A stretch of DNA of 52,874 nucleotides from a virus (taxonomy: Duplodnaviria; Caudoviricetes), in IMG/VR virus record IMGVR_UViG_3300017650_000224, positions 1-52,874 of that record; one strand, 5' to 3'. The position numbers were made by a program, and so were the translations under genes. The notes below the pieces were generated by a model, which did not search any database, was not told where the DNA came from, and saw nothing but the letters and a program-made list of their open reading frames with translations. Positions 29,248 through 38,230 of this stretch are shown here, in pieces (within the stretch, counting starts at the first letter, position 1; each line of letters opens with the position of its first letter).

Positions 29248-29550
29248 ATGAGCCACAGGCCTTTTTCTAATCCGCTTTTGCTCAAGTTGCCTGTTTCGGG
29301 CACATTTGTTGCCGATAGCGTCTGGGAGCTGTCGGAGTATCTCGATCTGTTCTGGCCCGAAAACGACCCGGAACTCGAGGCCTTGAAACAGCTTTGCGAG
29401 GACTCACTGGATGGCTGGATAGGCGCAGCGTCCGTGCGAGCCCGAGCGTGCGATGCCGCCCGAAAGTCGGGGCTATTGGAAACTAGCAGAAGCTCGATCG
29501 GCTTCAGGGCTGTGCGAAACGATTGGCTCTCCAAAGGAGACGTAGCCTAA
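29248..29550 (+). CDS. DUF982-family protein (moron)
   Basis: F..P......SVWE..EYL..FWP....C..SLDG.....R.....AARKSGLL pattern. Confidence 0.75.
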   Translation: MSHRPFSNPLLLKLPVSGTFVADSVWELSEYLDLFWPENDPELEALKQLCEDSLDGWIGAASVRARACDAARKSGLLETSRSSIGFRAVRNDWLSKGDVA

Positions 29551-29562
29551 TCGAGTGGCGGG

Positions 29563-29763
29563 CTAATCGGCCCGCCCTTTGCCCACACACACGGGGCCGC
29601 CGTTGCGCCAGCCGCAATAGCTCAGAACGCCATCGCCGTGCTTCTGCCCGAAAGCTGCGCCTTTAAAGCCGCAGCCCTCACAGGAATATATCGGCGCCAT
29701 TGGCGTTACGGATTCATTGCCGCGCTGAATGGGCGGGCCGGACTGTTTGAATTCTGTAGGCAT
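29563..29763 (-). CDS. Small Cys-containing hypothetical protein
   Basis: 66 aa with CEGC and two further Cys. Confidence 0.45.
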   Translation of the reverse strand: MPTEFKQSGPPIQRGNESVTPMAPIYSCEGCGFKGAAFGQKHGDGVLSYCGWRNGGPVCVGKGRAD

Positions 29764-29787
29764 GAAAGCCGTATAGCTGAGTCGGGG

Positions 29788-29864
29788 TGGTAGCGGGTGT
29801 CAGAATTGAACTGACCATGCGTCGGCTTATGAGGCCGATCAGCCCACCAGGGCTTGTACCCGCG
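29788..29864 (-). tRNA. tRNA-Met(CAU), initiator (fMet)-like
   Basis: Cloverleaf with encoded CCA, anticodon loop CTCATAA, unpaired C1/U72, TCGGC/GCCGA anticodon stem. Confidence 0.85.
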
Positions 29865-29868
29865 AAAC

Positions 29869-29943
29869 TGGTGCCAGCCGCAGGATTTGAACCCCCAACC
29901 TTCTCACTACAAAAGAGCAGCGCTACCATTGCGCCAGACTGGC
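29869..29943 (-). tRNA. tRNA-Thr(UGU), atypical
   Basis: GCCAGTC/GGCTGGC acceptor, GGTTCAAATCC T-loop, CCA end; mismatches in the anticodon and T stems. Confidence 0.75.
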
Positions 29944-30045
29944 TGAATAAGAAGGCCGGTAGGGAATGGCGCACAAAGCGCAGAGCCCTTCACGCGGCCG
30001 CTCGCTGGCGATCAACCCAGCGGCCCGGTTACCCGGTATTGAGTG

Positions 30046-30196
30046 TTGGCAGGGCCGGGCGCTACTCCGGCTGTTCGCGTCGGGCTTACCGATACTTGAC
30101 ACCACTCGCCGCATTGTCCTGTCTCCCAAGCGCGAAGTGGGCGGACCTCATGCGGGTCAATGTGGTGGCGCTTCTGCTTTCAGCGCCGCCTGCCAA
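30046..30196 (-). ncRNA. Candidate structured tRNA-like RNA with a large central insert
   Basis: Closing stem TTGGCAGG/CCTGCCAA, GGCGCT-GAAAGCAGA-AGCGCC arm, GCCGG-AGTAGCGC-CCGGC arm. Confidence 0.4.
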
Positions 30197-30733
30197 TTCT
30201 GTTGCCCATTCGGGCGAATTCATTGCCGGTTGCCAGCTACCGGCGCTGCTCTTACGCGGCAGCGGCTCCCGCCTGCGCGGCGCATGGAGTGTGCAAGGGC
30301 ACGTCGCGGCATGGCCATGCGCTGCCATGTTGGCCCGCCAGGGAATACTCGCCCGACAGGAGCGATACCGTTTCCGGTCGCTCACTGCCGGGCACACGCA
30401 AAAGGCCGCAGGAGGAGAACAGCGCCAATGCGTGGATTGGACGAAGCCAGCGCGAGGGCTGCAGTCCCTATGTCTGCGCGTCGTTCTATACGGCAGGGGG
30501 CTGGCTTCGGTTCGAAATGAGCGCGCGCCCATACGGTACGCGTATTGCCTGCGTGACTGTTCGCCACATCAGCGCCCAATAGTTACCCGGTCACTCAGCG
30601 GTGGCGCCTGTTGGTGTTGCCACCAAGCCCGCCACATGGCGCCGGGTCCGTCGACGTATTTTCTCGCGACGAAACGGTGCGGGGTGTTTCAACCCCTTCA
30701 CCATACTGTGAGTGAGATCGCGGTTTATGGACC

Positions 30734-31660
30734 CTAAGCGACAAATTTCTTGATTGCGGCTGCAAGGTTGTCATTTGCCGCCATCAATGCCCGCTTGCCG
30801 CCCTTGCGCCGCGCGTATTCACGCTCCTGCCCAACCGCCTCGCCAATGTCGGCCAGCGTTCGCGCCGTCATGGCAGCATCCAGCGCCTTACGGTCCTTTT
30901 CACGCAGCGCCTTCCGGACTCTCCGCCACACACGGACGTTCTCCACCCGATGCGCGACGTCCTCCCACGCAACCGAGCCGGTCTCACCTTTGCGCCCCTT
31001 CTGCATACCGATGAAGCTTTCTGATACGCGGACCCCGCCGCAAGGCAGGCCTGGAGGGTAATGTTTGATGGCTGGCATAATAGGGGTGTTGGCGACTGCC
31101 TCGGCAATCAATGCTCGCGATTCAGCCGCCGTCAAATCCCTGTCCTCGGGCTCTCGGCGGCGCCTTCTCCCCTTAATGTGGCGAGCCGGTTCGGTGGCCA
31201 AGGCATCAGCAAAGAAGGCATTGCTGGCTTCCCGCTGTGCCTCCGAATAGCCGGCCCCGCCTGCTTGCGCCTGCAAGCGCTCCGCGGTGCGCAGCATTGC
31301 TCCTGCAGGCATTAGACGGTCGTATTCCTCAACTCGGCCTGCTGTATTCCGTCGATAAGCTTTTTCCGTCTGTGTGCCATCGCTGAAAGTCAGGCGGCCG
31401 ATTGCTGTGATCTGGCCCTTGTGGTTTCGTTGAACAGGTCCTCGCTTCACATGCCGCATGATTTCCTGGACGGATGGCGTAATCAGAAGGTTGCGCTCAA
31501 AGCCGTAGTCAGCGACCTCTTCGGGGTCGAAGTTGTCGTTTGCCGGAACTGTCGACCAATTGGACTGAACGGGCTCGGCATGTTCCGGGCGATTGCGATA
31601 GGCAAGCACGAATGAGAGTTGCTCGGCAAGCGAGCGACGAGAGCTTTTGGTGGGTGTCAT
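30734..31660 (-). CDS. Putative late-gene regulator (Q position, C-terminal HTH-like)
   Basis: Last gene before the late leader; TLADIGEAVG helix; two ANDN motifs. Confidence 0.55.
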   Translation of the reverse strand: MTPTKSSRRSLAEQLSFVLAYRNRPEHAEPVQSNWSTVPANDNFDPEEVADYGFERNLLITPSVQEIMRHVKRGPVQRNHKGQITAIGRLTFSDGTQTEKAYRRNTAGRVEEYDRLMPAGAMLRTAERLQAQAGGAGYSEAQREASNAFFADALATEPARHIKGRRRRREPEDRDLTAAESRALIAEAVANTPIMPAIKHYPPGLPCGGVRVSESFIGMQKGRKGETGSVAWEDVAHRVENVRVWRRVRKALREKDRKALDAAMTARTLADIGEAVGQEREYARRKGGKRALMAANDNLAAAIKKFVA

Positions 31661-31790
31661 CGCGACCTCCTCCGGTGTGAACGGGAATGGGCACTGCCCA
31701 GCTTAAGGCCACGGGGTATCTTCACACTGTCGCTTTGGTGCGGCTGTTCTAAATGTAGTGCTTGGAAGGCAAAATAGCGAGGAAATGACA

Positions 31791-31820
31791 AGAAAAAACC
31801 CGCAGGCGAACCGGCGGGTT
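31791..31820 (-). terminator. Terminator of the cspA moron
   Basis: AACCCGCCGG-TTCG-CCTGCGGGTT followed by TTTT. Confidence 0.65.
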
Positions 31821-31846
31821 GGCATGTTTGTCGCTGACGGTAGTGG

Positions 31847-32035
31847 CTACACCTTGCGCGGCAGGGAAATTGTGTTTGCCCGTCCGGCTGCCGTGGAAAG
31901 GCGCAGCGCCTTCAGGCGCGCAGTCTTTTCCCGTGTAATTTGAAGTTGCGTACCCTTCTCGTCTACCGCGTCTTCTTCACGCCGAGTGATTGTAGCGAAC
32001 TGGGCTTCGGCAACGGCACGTAAAGTGCTGGTCAT
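31847..32035 (-). CDS. Small helical protein downstream of cspA
   Basis: REKTARLKALRL motif; CAGGAG SD. Confidence 0.65.
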   Translation of the reverse strand: MTSTLRAVAEAQFATITRREEDAVDEKGTQLQITREKTARLKALRLSTAAGRANTISLPRKV

Positions 32036-32083
32036 GTATTCTCCTGTGGGGGAGAGGGCCGCACATAAGCGCGGCCCACTGAA

Positions 32084-32293
32084 TCAGCTTGCCATCTTAA
32101 GGTTGATCGCGGATTCGCGACCGTCGCGACCGGTCTCAACGTCGTACGTGACCTTGTCGTTCTCGTAGAGCCCGTCAAGCCCAGAGTTCTGAACAGCGGA
32201 GATGTGGACGAAGTGGTCCTGACCGCCATTTTCAGGGGTGATAAAGCCAAAGCCTTTGGTGGCGTTGAAAAACTTAATGGTGCCATTAATCAT
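32084..32293 (-). CDS. cspA: Cold-shock protein
   Basis: GTIKFFNATKGFGFI (RNP1) and HFVHISA (RNP2). Confidence 0.95.
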   Translation of the reverse strand: MINGTIKFFNATKGFGFITPENGGQDHFVHISAVQNSGLDGLYENDKVTYDVETGRDGRESAINLKMAS

Positions 32294-32487
32294 GGGATAG
32301 TCCTTTGGATTGCTCGAATGATAAACGCGAGCAGTTATCCGCCCTGCACAGCGCAGTTCGGCACGTTCGCAATAATCGAGGGGTGACTAAGCAATCCGGA
32401 CAAGCCGGTGATCAGAAAGCCAAAGACGGCTGAAAACGTAACAGGACATTACAGCTTGTGGCGAGTAATAGCAATGGCATTCAGTTT

Positions 32488-32946
32488 CTAAGCCACTTTT
32501 CGTTGCGCAGCGGCCAACCACCCACGCACCAGCTCAACTACATCGCTGGCGCCTTGCTCAATCGTCTTACCGCGGACAATCTCGACACGGTGTCCTAATC
32601 CGATCAACAATGCATGCCGCTTGCGTTGGTCGGCACTCACCGGCGTCTTCGGCCCCTTCAACTCGATCAGCAGCAACCGACCGCCCTGACCGTAGATGCG
32701 CAGGTCGGGCTCCCCGGCCGCGATGCCGGTGGCTTTTGCTTTCACCGCCTCCTGCCTACTGCGGCGAGCCGCGTTGAAGTCGCCAGCCAACGTGAACGTC
32801 ACATCAGGGCCAGCCTCGTCACCGTATCCGGGCACGAGCTTTAACCGACGAACCGCCTCGGCTTGGATACGCCATTCCTGTATCGAGTTCTCATTCGCCG
32901 CCCGGATGACACGGGTTCCGTTTTTGAGGGTGCGGACTGATGGCAT
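32488..32946 (-). CDS. VRR-NUC nuclease (Holliday junction resolvase-like)
   Basis: GIAAGEPDL, LIELK, SADQRKRH. Confidence 0.85.
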   Translation of the reverse strand: MPSVRTLKNGTRVIRAANENSIQEWRIQAEAVRRLKLVPGYGDEAGPDVTFTLAGDFNAARRSRQEAVKAKATGIAAGEPDLRIYGQGGRLLLIELKGPKTPVSADQRKRHALLIGLGHRVEIVRGKTIEQGASDVVELVRGWLAAAQRKVA

Positions 32947-32964
32947 GGGGTGCTCCTTCCAAAA

Positions 32965-33190
32965 CTGCTCCACCTCATGGTGGTGCACTTTTTCCTCTTT
33001 GTGCTGCACCACCTCTTTTCTTCCCGGTGGTGCGCTGCACACCCACCACCCACCCACCCTCTATAGGGGTGGTGGTGGTGCAGGTGTTCGGGGTGTCTCC
33101 CGCTCCACCGTGCACCACCACAAAAATCATGGTGGTGCGCACCACCGCACCACCTCAAAAACAGGTGGTGCACTCGGTGGTGGTGCGGTG
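32965..33190. repeat. Cluster of GCACCACC direct and inverted repeats, candidate replication origin
   Basis: Roughly ten (T/C)GCACC(A/C)CC or GGTGGTGC copies with short A/T spacers just downstream of the primase-helicase. Confidence 0.6.
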
Positions 33191-33194
33191 ATTT

Positions 33195-35402
33195 TTACTC
33201 GCTGAATTGAGCCGACTTGACGAACTTCTTGGCCGTCCGGCGGACTGGATCGCGGCCCTCGACAATCTTGAAAGTGCCGTCTTCGATCCATGCCGTGACC
33301 ATGCTTTTGATGCGGCGTTTTTCGGCTCGATCCGAGGCGTCCAGCCCAAGGACGTACGCTACAACCTGCCCGACCCAATCCTTGGCCTGCTCGTTCTCGC
33401 GGTAGTCCGCCATATCGATTTCTGTGCAGATGCGCCGCAGCTTGTCCGAGCTGACGCTGTCGACCAGATCCGCCTTTCCCGGCCACTGCCACTCCGTCAC
33501 CACGCCCGCATGGTCCTGTGGCTTGGTAAGGCCCGCCCCGTTCCCAAGCGGCACGCTTTGCAAACGACGCCATTCCAGGTCGCCTGACATCGCCGACAGG
33601 TTCGACTTGCCGCGAGTGACCGAGAAATAGCTAAAGCGCTCGGTGGGCGATAAGCCAGCCGCCGACGCTTGTTCGTCTGACATGCGGTTGAGCACACGAG
33701 CCGATCGGGCTGCCGCCAGGAGGGATACAGCGCCCCGGCTATCCTCGACTGTCACGTCGCGCCCGTCAGACTTGCGGACGTGGTGCACGACTTCAATCGC
33801 GCAGTTGGTGACGTCGGCGATTTTGGCCCACAGCTTGGCCACCTTGTCGATCGCACCGTTGTCGTTCTCGCTGACACCGTGCGTCGACACGAACGGGTCG
33901 ATGACCATTACGTCGATTTTGTTGCTCTTGATATGCTCGATCACAGCATCGACGATCGGCCACTGAATGACCGTTCCACTGCGCTTGTCTTCGTGCGCCA
34001 CGATGATAGATTGCTCGCGCCCGGAGTCGAGAAACAGGCCATCAAGATCACGGGGCTTGAGCTTATAGTGCACCGCGGCCGCCATGATGCGCCGGTCCAT
34101 TTCATCGCGCGGGTCCTCGGCGTTGAACAACCACACATTGAGCCTGCGCGGCGGCTTGGTGCCCAAAAGAGGGCGACCGGACACCATCGCTAGGGCCTCC
34201 GCAATGGTAAGACTGGTCTTGCCGATGCCGCCCGGCGAGACCGTAACTGACACGTATTTGCGCACCAGGTGCGTGCCATAGACAAACTCCCGCCGCGGCA
34301 ATAGCTGCGGGTCAGTCCATTGGAACGGGGTGATTTTGACGGGGAGGTCGTCGGTGGCTGGTGCAGGTGGCGGGGTGCTGGCCGGTTTGCTGCCGCTGTT
34401 ATCCGGCTCTGGCTGCGGCTCTACGCCGGTTGCGGCTGGCTTGCCGGCCGGTTCCTTGGCCGCCTGCACCTGTTGTGCTTTGGCCTGCAACTTCGCCAAC
34501 AGCTTGTGCGGCATCCAGCGCTCTAGGTCTTCCTCCTCTCGCTCCGGTATGTGGCGCGGCTGCTGCATGCCAGCGTCGAGCCCCCGCTTGATTTTTCGGT
34601 GAATCTCCGCCTCCCCGTCCTTGGCAACCACGCCACATGCGACGGCAGCCTGCCACAGCCCCTGTTCGGCATCCGCGCGTGACAAGGCACCGGCACCGAC
34701 AAGGGTGCCCAGACTGTAGGCGCTGCGGTTCACGGCCTGCCCGCGCCCACCGCTTGGTGTTGCAGCCAGTGCCGAAAGCTCGGCCTCAACGGCGCGCTCG
34801 ACGTACGGCTCGTTCTGGCCCGGCTGGTAGCTGAATGGCTGGGCGGGGGTAGTGACGGCCGATGGCAAGACAAGGTCCAGCAACCACTGCGGCGCCGGAG
34901 CCGGTTGCTCGTCATTCAGCCACTCATATGCGCGACCGTCGGCAAGCTGGCTGCCCGGTGCAATAACAAAGCCACCGTCGCCACGCACGTCGAGGCCCGG
35001 CCCAAGCGAGCCGCGGTTGCGGACGCCGGGGTGGTGCTGGAAATAGATGTGCCGGCCGCCCGATGCAGTGCGGGCTTCGCGCGTGACGGGCAACGGGCCG
35101 TTTGTGGCCACCAAAGCCGCCAAGGTAGCCTCGCCCTGCTTGCCGTCAGTAACGTCGACGTCGAGCACCCACACGCCGGTGGGCTCACCGGTGGGGATGC
35201 CGATCATTGCGTCGGGATGATCAGCCCACCAGCGATCGATAATGCGCGGCATACGGCTGGCGCTGCGGAATCCGCGCGTCGTGTATGGTGACTTGGGTGT
35301 GAGTATTTCGCCGGTTTCGGGGTGCGTTTCCTCGCCGGGGCGGCACGGAAATACCGGCCAACCGGTTGAGGCGTAGGCGTGTGGCGTGGTTGGTAGTGTC
35401 AT
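33195..35402 (-). CDS. Bifunctional primase-polymerase fused to an AAA_25 (RepA-like) helicase
   Basis: GWPVFPC, VLDVD, TASGGRHIYF, DVRGDGGFVIAPGS; SPGGIGKT, VIDPF, HHVRK. Confidence 0.9.
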   Translation of the reverse strand: MTLPTTPHAYASTGWPVFPCRPGEETHPETGEILTPKSPYTTRGFRSASRMPRIIDRWWADHPDAMIGIPTGEPTGVWVLDVDVTDGKQGEATLAALVATNGPLPVTREARTASGGRHIYFQHHPGVRNRGSLGPGLDVRGDGGFVIAPGSQLADGRAYEWLNDEQPAPAPQWLLDLVLPSAVTTPAQPFSYQPGQNEPYVERAVEAELSALAATPSGGRGQAVNRSAYSLGTLVGAGALSRADAEQGLWQAAVACGVVAKDGEAEIHRKIKRGLDAGMQQPRHIPEREEEDLERWMPHKLLAKLQAKAQQVQAAKEPAGKPAATGVEPQPEPDNSGSKPASTPPPAPATDDLPVKITPFQWTDPQLLPRREFVYGTHLVRKYVSVTVSPGGIGKTSLTIAEALAMVSGRPLLGTKPPRRLNVWLFNAEDPRDEMDRRIMAAAVHYKLKPRDLDGLFLDSGREQSIIVAHEDKRSGTVIQWPIVDAVIEHIKSNKIDVMVIDPFVSTHGVSENDNGAIDKVAKLWAKIADVTNCAIEVVHHVRKSDGRDVTVEDSRGAVSLLAAARSARVLNRMSDEQASAAGLSPTERFSYFSVTRGKSNLSAMSGDLEWRRLQSVPLGNGAGLTKPQDHAGVVTEWQWPGKADLVDSVSSDKLRRICTEIDMADYRENEQAKDWVGQVVAYVLGLDASDRAEKRRIKSMVTAWIEDGTFKIVEGRDPVRRTAKKFVKSAQFSE

Positions 35403-36106
35403 GCTGCCTCGCGGTGTGTGGTGATGTCTGCCAATGCGTGGCCGCCCCACTGGTCGGCCATGGCTGCAGCAATCCCCGGAAAGAACCGACTTCTGCGGGC
35501 TGCGCGGTCCGGACCGGGACTGGCCTTATGAATTTCGTCTCGAGCTGTGGACCCATCCAGCGTGCCTGTCGGGGTGAGCTTCGGCAGGCCCTTCAGCCAA
35601 AAGCAGGTACGCTTTTTTACGTTGTCCGGGCCGTCCGGATCGGTCCCGAACTGCCAAGGCTGGACGCTTTGCGCGGCCGGCTCAAAGTTGCGAATGCGCG
35701 CCTTGGCGTGCTTGTGCATCACGGGGTTCTCGATGGCGATGCGAGGGATAGGCGCGTTCCAGCAATCGGAAAACAATGCGCAGCCCTCCTCGAGTTCGGC
35801 CCACATCTCCTCAAGCGTGCGTCCCGGTGGCGGCGCCGATAGCCAGCGCACCCCACTATTTGTGAGCCGCGTGCACGGAGGATGCATGACGGCCAGCAAA
35901 TCCCAGCCGTCGTTCAGGTGGTTGCGAATGTCGCCGACGATGTGCCGGTTGGTGCGGTCCTCGGCCGGCTTGATGTCGATAGACCACACGTCGTGTCCCA
36001 GCGCATCGAATGCCCGCCGTACGATGCCGGAGCATTCACAACCGATCAGAACGCGCAACGGCTCAAAGTCGATTGAGAGTTGATTGTCATTCGCCGCCCG
36101 CGTCAA
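35399..36106 (-). CDS. Small DNA cytosine-5 methyltransferase-like protein
   Basis: RVLIGCECSG, HPPCT, IENP, QPWQFG, KKRTCFW; TTGA-coupled start. Confidence 0.75.
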   Translation of the reverse strand: MTRAANDNQLSIDFEPLRVLIGCECSGIVRRAFDALGHDVWSIDIKPAEDRTNRHIVGDIRNHLNDGWDLLAVMHPPCTRLTNSGVRWLSAPPPGRTLEEMWAELEEGCALFSDCWNAPIPRIAIENPVMHKHAKARIRNFEPAAQSVQPWQFGTDPDGPDNVKKRTCFWLKGLPKLTPTGTLDGSTARDEIHKASPGPDRAARRSRFFPGIAAAMADQWGGHALADITTHREAA

Positions 36107-36465
36107 AACGGAATCTCCCTCTCCCGAATAACCGCCCGCAGCCCATCGGCGCAGGCGCCCCAAATCGCGCGGATGAACTCCTCGGCGTTCTCCTCCTCCC
36201 ACTCGGCCAAGTCGGAGCCGAACCGGTGCACAAACGGCGTGACCGCATCCACGGCCCGGCTGACGGCGGCGCGCTCCAACGGCGACCACACGCGGATGGA
36301 TTTGATGGTGTCGAGCATGAGCAGACATTCTCCGCAGAGATAGCGTGGGTCTTGCTGGGGGTTGCCTATGCCCGCGCCGTGGGCGTGCCGGGCGCAGGCG
36401 TAGCAGGTGGTCGGGAAGCGGGTTGCGGGGTCGACGGTTGGCTGGAACGGGGCGGCTTGGGTCAT
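36103..36465 (-). CDS. Zn-binding hypothetical protein (DUF6511-like)
   Basis: CYAC...CGEC, GSDLAEW, ends EIPF. Confidence 0.65.
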   Translation of the reverse strand: MTQAAPFQPTVDPATRFPTTCYACARHAHGAGIGNPQQDPRYLCGECLLMLDTIKSIRVWSPLERAAVSRAVDAVTPFVHRFGSDLAEWEEENAEEFIRAIWGACADGLRAVIREREIPF

Positions 36466-36532
36466 GCCGGCCGCCCATTGGCGTGGCAATAGTTCGATGT
36501 CATGCTGCCTCCTGTTTTGAATTGGGGGCTGA

Positions 36533-37309
36533 ATGAAAAACTGGCTTAGGGGGCTCGCCGTATTCGGCGGAGGCGTCGTCGCGCTATGGGCGCTGCTCTA
36601 TGTCGTCTTTTGGTATCGACGGACGGGGTGCTTCGATCTATTCGATCGGGCCTGCAATGATGGGCTGATACACTGGTTGGAACGGCTGGTTTCGCTTGGC
36701 TGGGTTCGGGAGTATCAGACGCTTTTGGCCGGGTTGTTTGCGCTGGGAGCCGGTTTTTTTGTAGTCAGTGCTGCGAAAATCACCGCAGAAGCCCAGAACG
36801 AGGAAGCGCGTCGAAGGGCGAGAGAAGAGGCCGTTAGCGCTTGCGCAGTAGTCGCCGCTCGCTTCACGCAGGCAGCTGTCGCCTTGCAACGGAAGACTGT
36901 CTACGAGCACGATTTGGACTTCACATTCACAATCGGCCTTATTGCCACGCTTTCGAAGATCGACACTCAACTCGCCACGGTTGCGCACGCTTATATCCGA
37001 GATGCGCGAGATGCCTTGATTGAGCGCAAGCATGACTTAGCAGCTCTAGATGCGTCCCTCCCTAATAAGCGGGCAATCATAGAAACGCGAAGCCGGGATA
37101 TGGCTGCGCAATGCTACGCAATGACGACAATTCTTTATATTATCGAAGAAAACATTGACGCTGACGGCAGGTTCAACTTCCGAGACAGAAATGACCTTCG
37201 CCCCGGCGTCCTCCGCTCCAACCTGAATTACCTTGGCGTTAGCCCAAGGGCGCTAGGCGCGCTCAAGGGTTTCTTTAATTGGGATGATCATTCTCCCAGA
37301 CCCAAGTAA
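36533..37309 (+). CDS. Membrane-anchored hypothetical protein (moron)
   Basis: 258 aa, two TM segments, opposite strand. Confidence 0.75.
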   Translation: MKNWLRGLAVFGGGVVALWALLYVVFWYRRTGCFDLFDRACNDGLIHWLERLVSLGWVREYQTLLAGLFALGAGFFVVSAAKITAEAQNEEARRRAREEAVSACAVVAARFTQAAVALQRKTVYEHDLDFTFTIGLIATLSKIDTQLATVAHAYIRDARDALIERKHDLAALDASLPNKRAIIETRSRDMAAQCYAMTTILYIIEENIDADGRFNFRDRNDLRPGVLRSNLNYLGVSPRALGALKGFFNWDDHSPRPK

Positions 37310-37344
37310 ATTGCGAACGGGCAACGGAAGGCTGATTAATTCAG

Positions 37345-37914
37345 TCATGCCGCATCCCTCCCGAACAAATTATCATTCGCCGCAGCTGGAAATTTCCCGA
37401 CCTCATTCCCCCACGCCGCCCAACCGGGCCGGGCCTGCCGGGCGAACAGCTCCAGATACGGCCCAGCGACTAGCGCCTCGATGCGCTGATATTGCTCGTC
37501 GGGCTTGCGGGAATGTTCGCGGCGAGGAGCGCGAATTACGGAGCGCACGCCCTTGCTAAGCCGCCGAGGCTTGCCGCGTTTGAACAGGTGGCAGATTTCC
37601 ACTTCCTGCCGGGTCCAGTAGCCCATGCCCATGCGCCCCTTATCCCAGACAAAGGCGATTGACACAGGCTCGAAGCCCCAAGTTCGGCCGACGTCGATGG
37701 CAGCGGCCTGCAGGTGGGAAACAGTCCACATGAACAGCAGGCAATCTTCGGACGCGACGTCGCCGACTGGCAGCGCCTTGATGTCGGTCAGCGACATGAC
37801 ATCATAGGGCTGGACACCGCGCGCCGGGGCGAGGTTCTTCTTGCTGTAGGTCGTGAATCCCCACGGCGGGTCCGCGAGCACGGCACCAAATGGGCCGCTG
37901 GGTAGCGGGTTCAT
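37345..37914 (-). CDS. MT-A70 family adenine methyltransferase
   Basis: ADPPW, LFMW, GMGYWTR, HSRKP, LELFAR, WGNE; ends AANDNLFGRDAA. Confidence 0.9.
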   Translation of the reverse strand: MNPLPSGPFGAVLADPPWGFTTYSKKNLAPARGVQPYDVMSLTDIKALPVGDVASEDCLLFMWTVSHLQAAAIDVGRTWGFEPVSIAFVWDKGRMGMGYWTRQEVEICHLFKRGKPRRLSKGVRSVIRAPRREHSRKPDEQYQRIEALVAGPYLELFARQARPGWAAWGNEVGKFPAAANDNLFGRDAA

Positions 37915-37999
37915 ATCTACTTCTCCTGGTAATCCACAGCCGGTTGGTGGCCGGCTGTGGTGTGTATGCTATGGTGCTGACCTGCATGGAGACCAACAC

Positions 38000-38230
38000 A
38001 TGACGTACGATGTCGAGCGCATCGAGTTTGTTGCGCGCGCGATAAGCAAGTCGAAGGGACGCGATCCCGACGAGAAAACTAGCTATGGCTTCAATCCGGC
38101 AATCGCCGAACGTTTCGGCTTCGGGGGCCGGAACCCCTACGAGGAAGGCGTGTGGCTGTGCGACATTGAAGAAGCGGCCAAATTCATCGCTGCTTTCGAC
38201 GCCGCACAAGCCACCTATCCAAAGGCCTAA
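38000..38230 (+). CDS. Small hypothetical protein (moron)
   Basis: GGAG SD, 76 aa, ERIEFVARAI. Confidence 0.6.
   Translation: MTYDVERIEFVARAISKSKGRDPDEKTSYGFNPAIAERFGFGGRNPYEEGVWLCDIEEAAKFIAAFDAAQATYPKA

Noticed and set aside
30046-30196. Phage-encoded tmRNA as the source of the ssrA-like tags
   Set aside because: No G3-U70 pair, no canonical T-loop and no ANDN-type tag frame in the insert
29787-30737. 316-aa + strand ORF and overlapping ORFs
   Set aside because: Overlaps two tRNAs, with implausible composition and no SD
33860-33875. ENDN in the primase-helicase as another tag motif
   Set aside because: Lies within the helicase core after Walker B and lacks the preceding Ala; not counted
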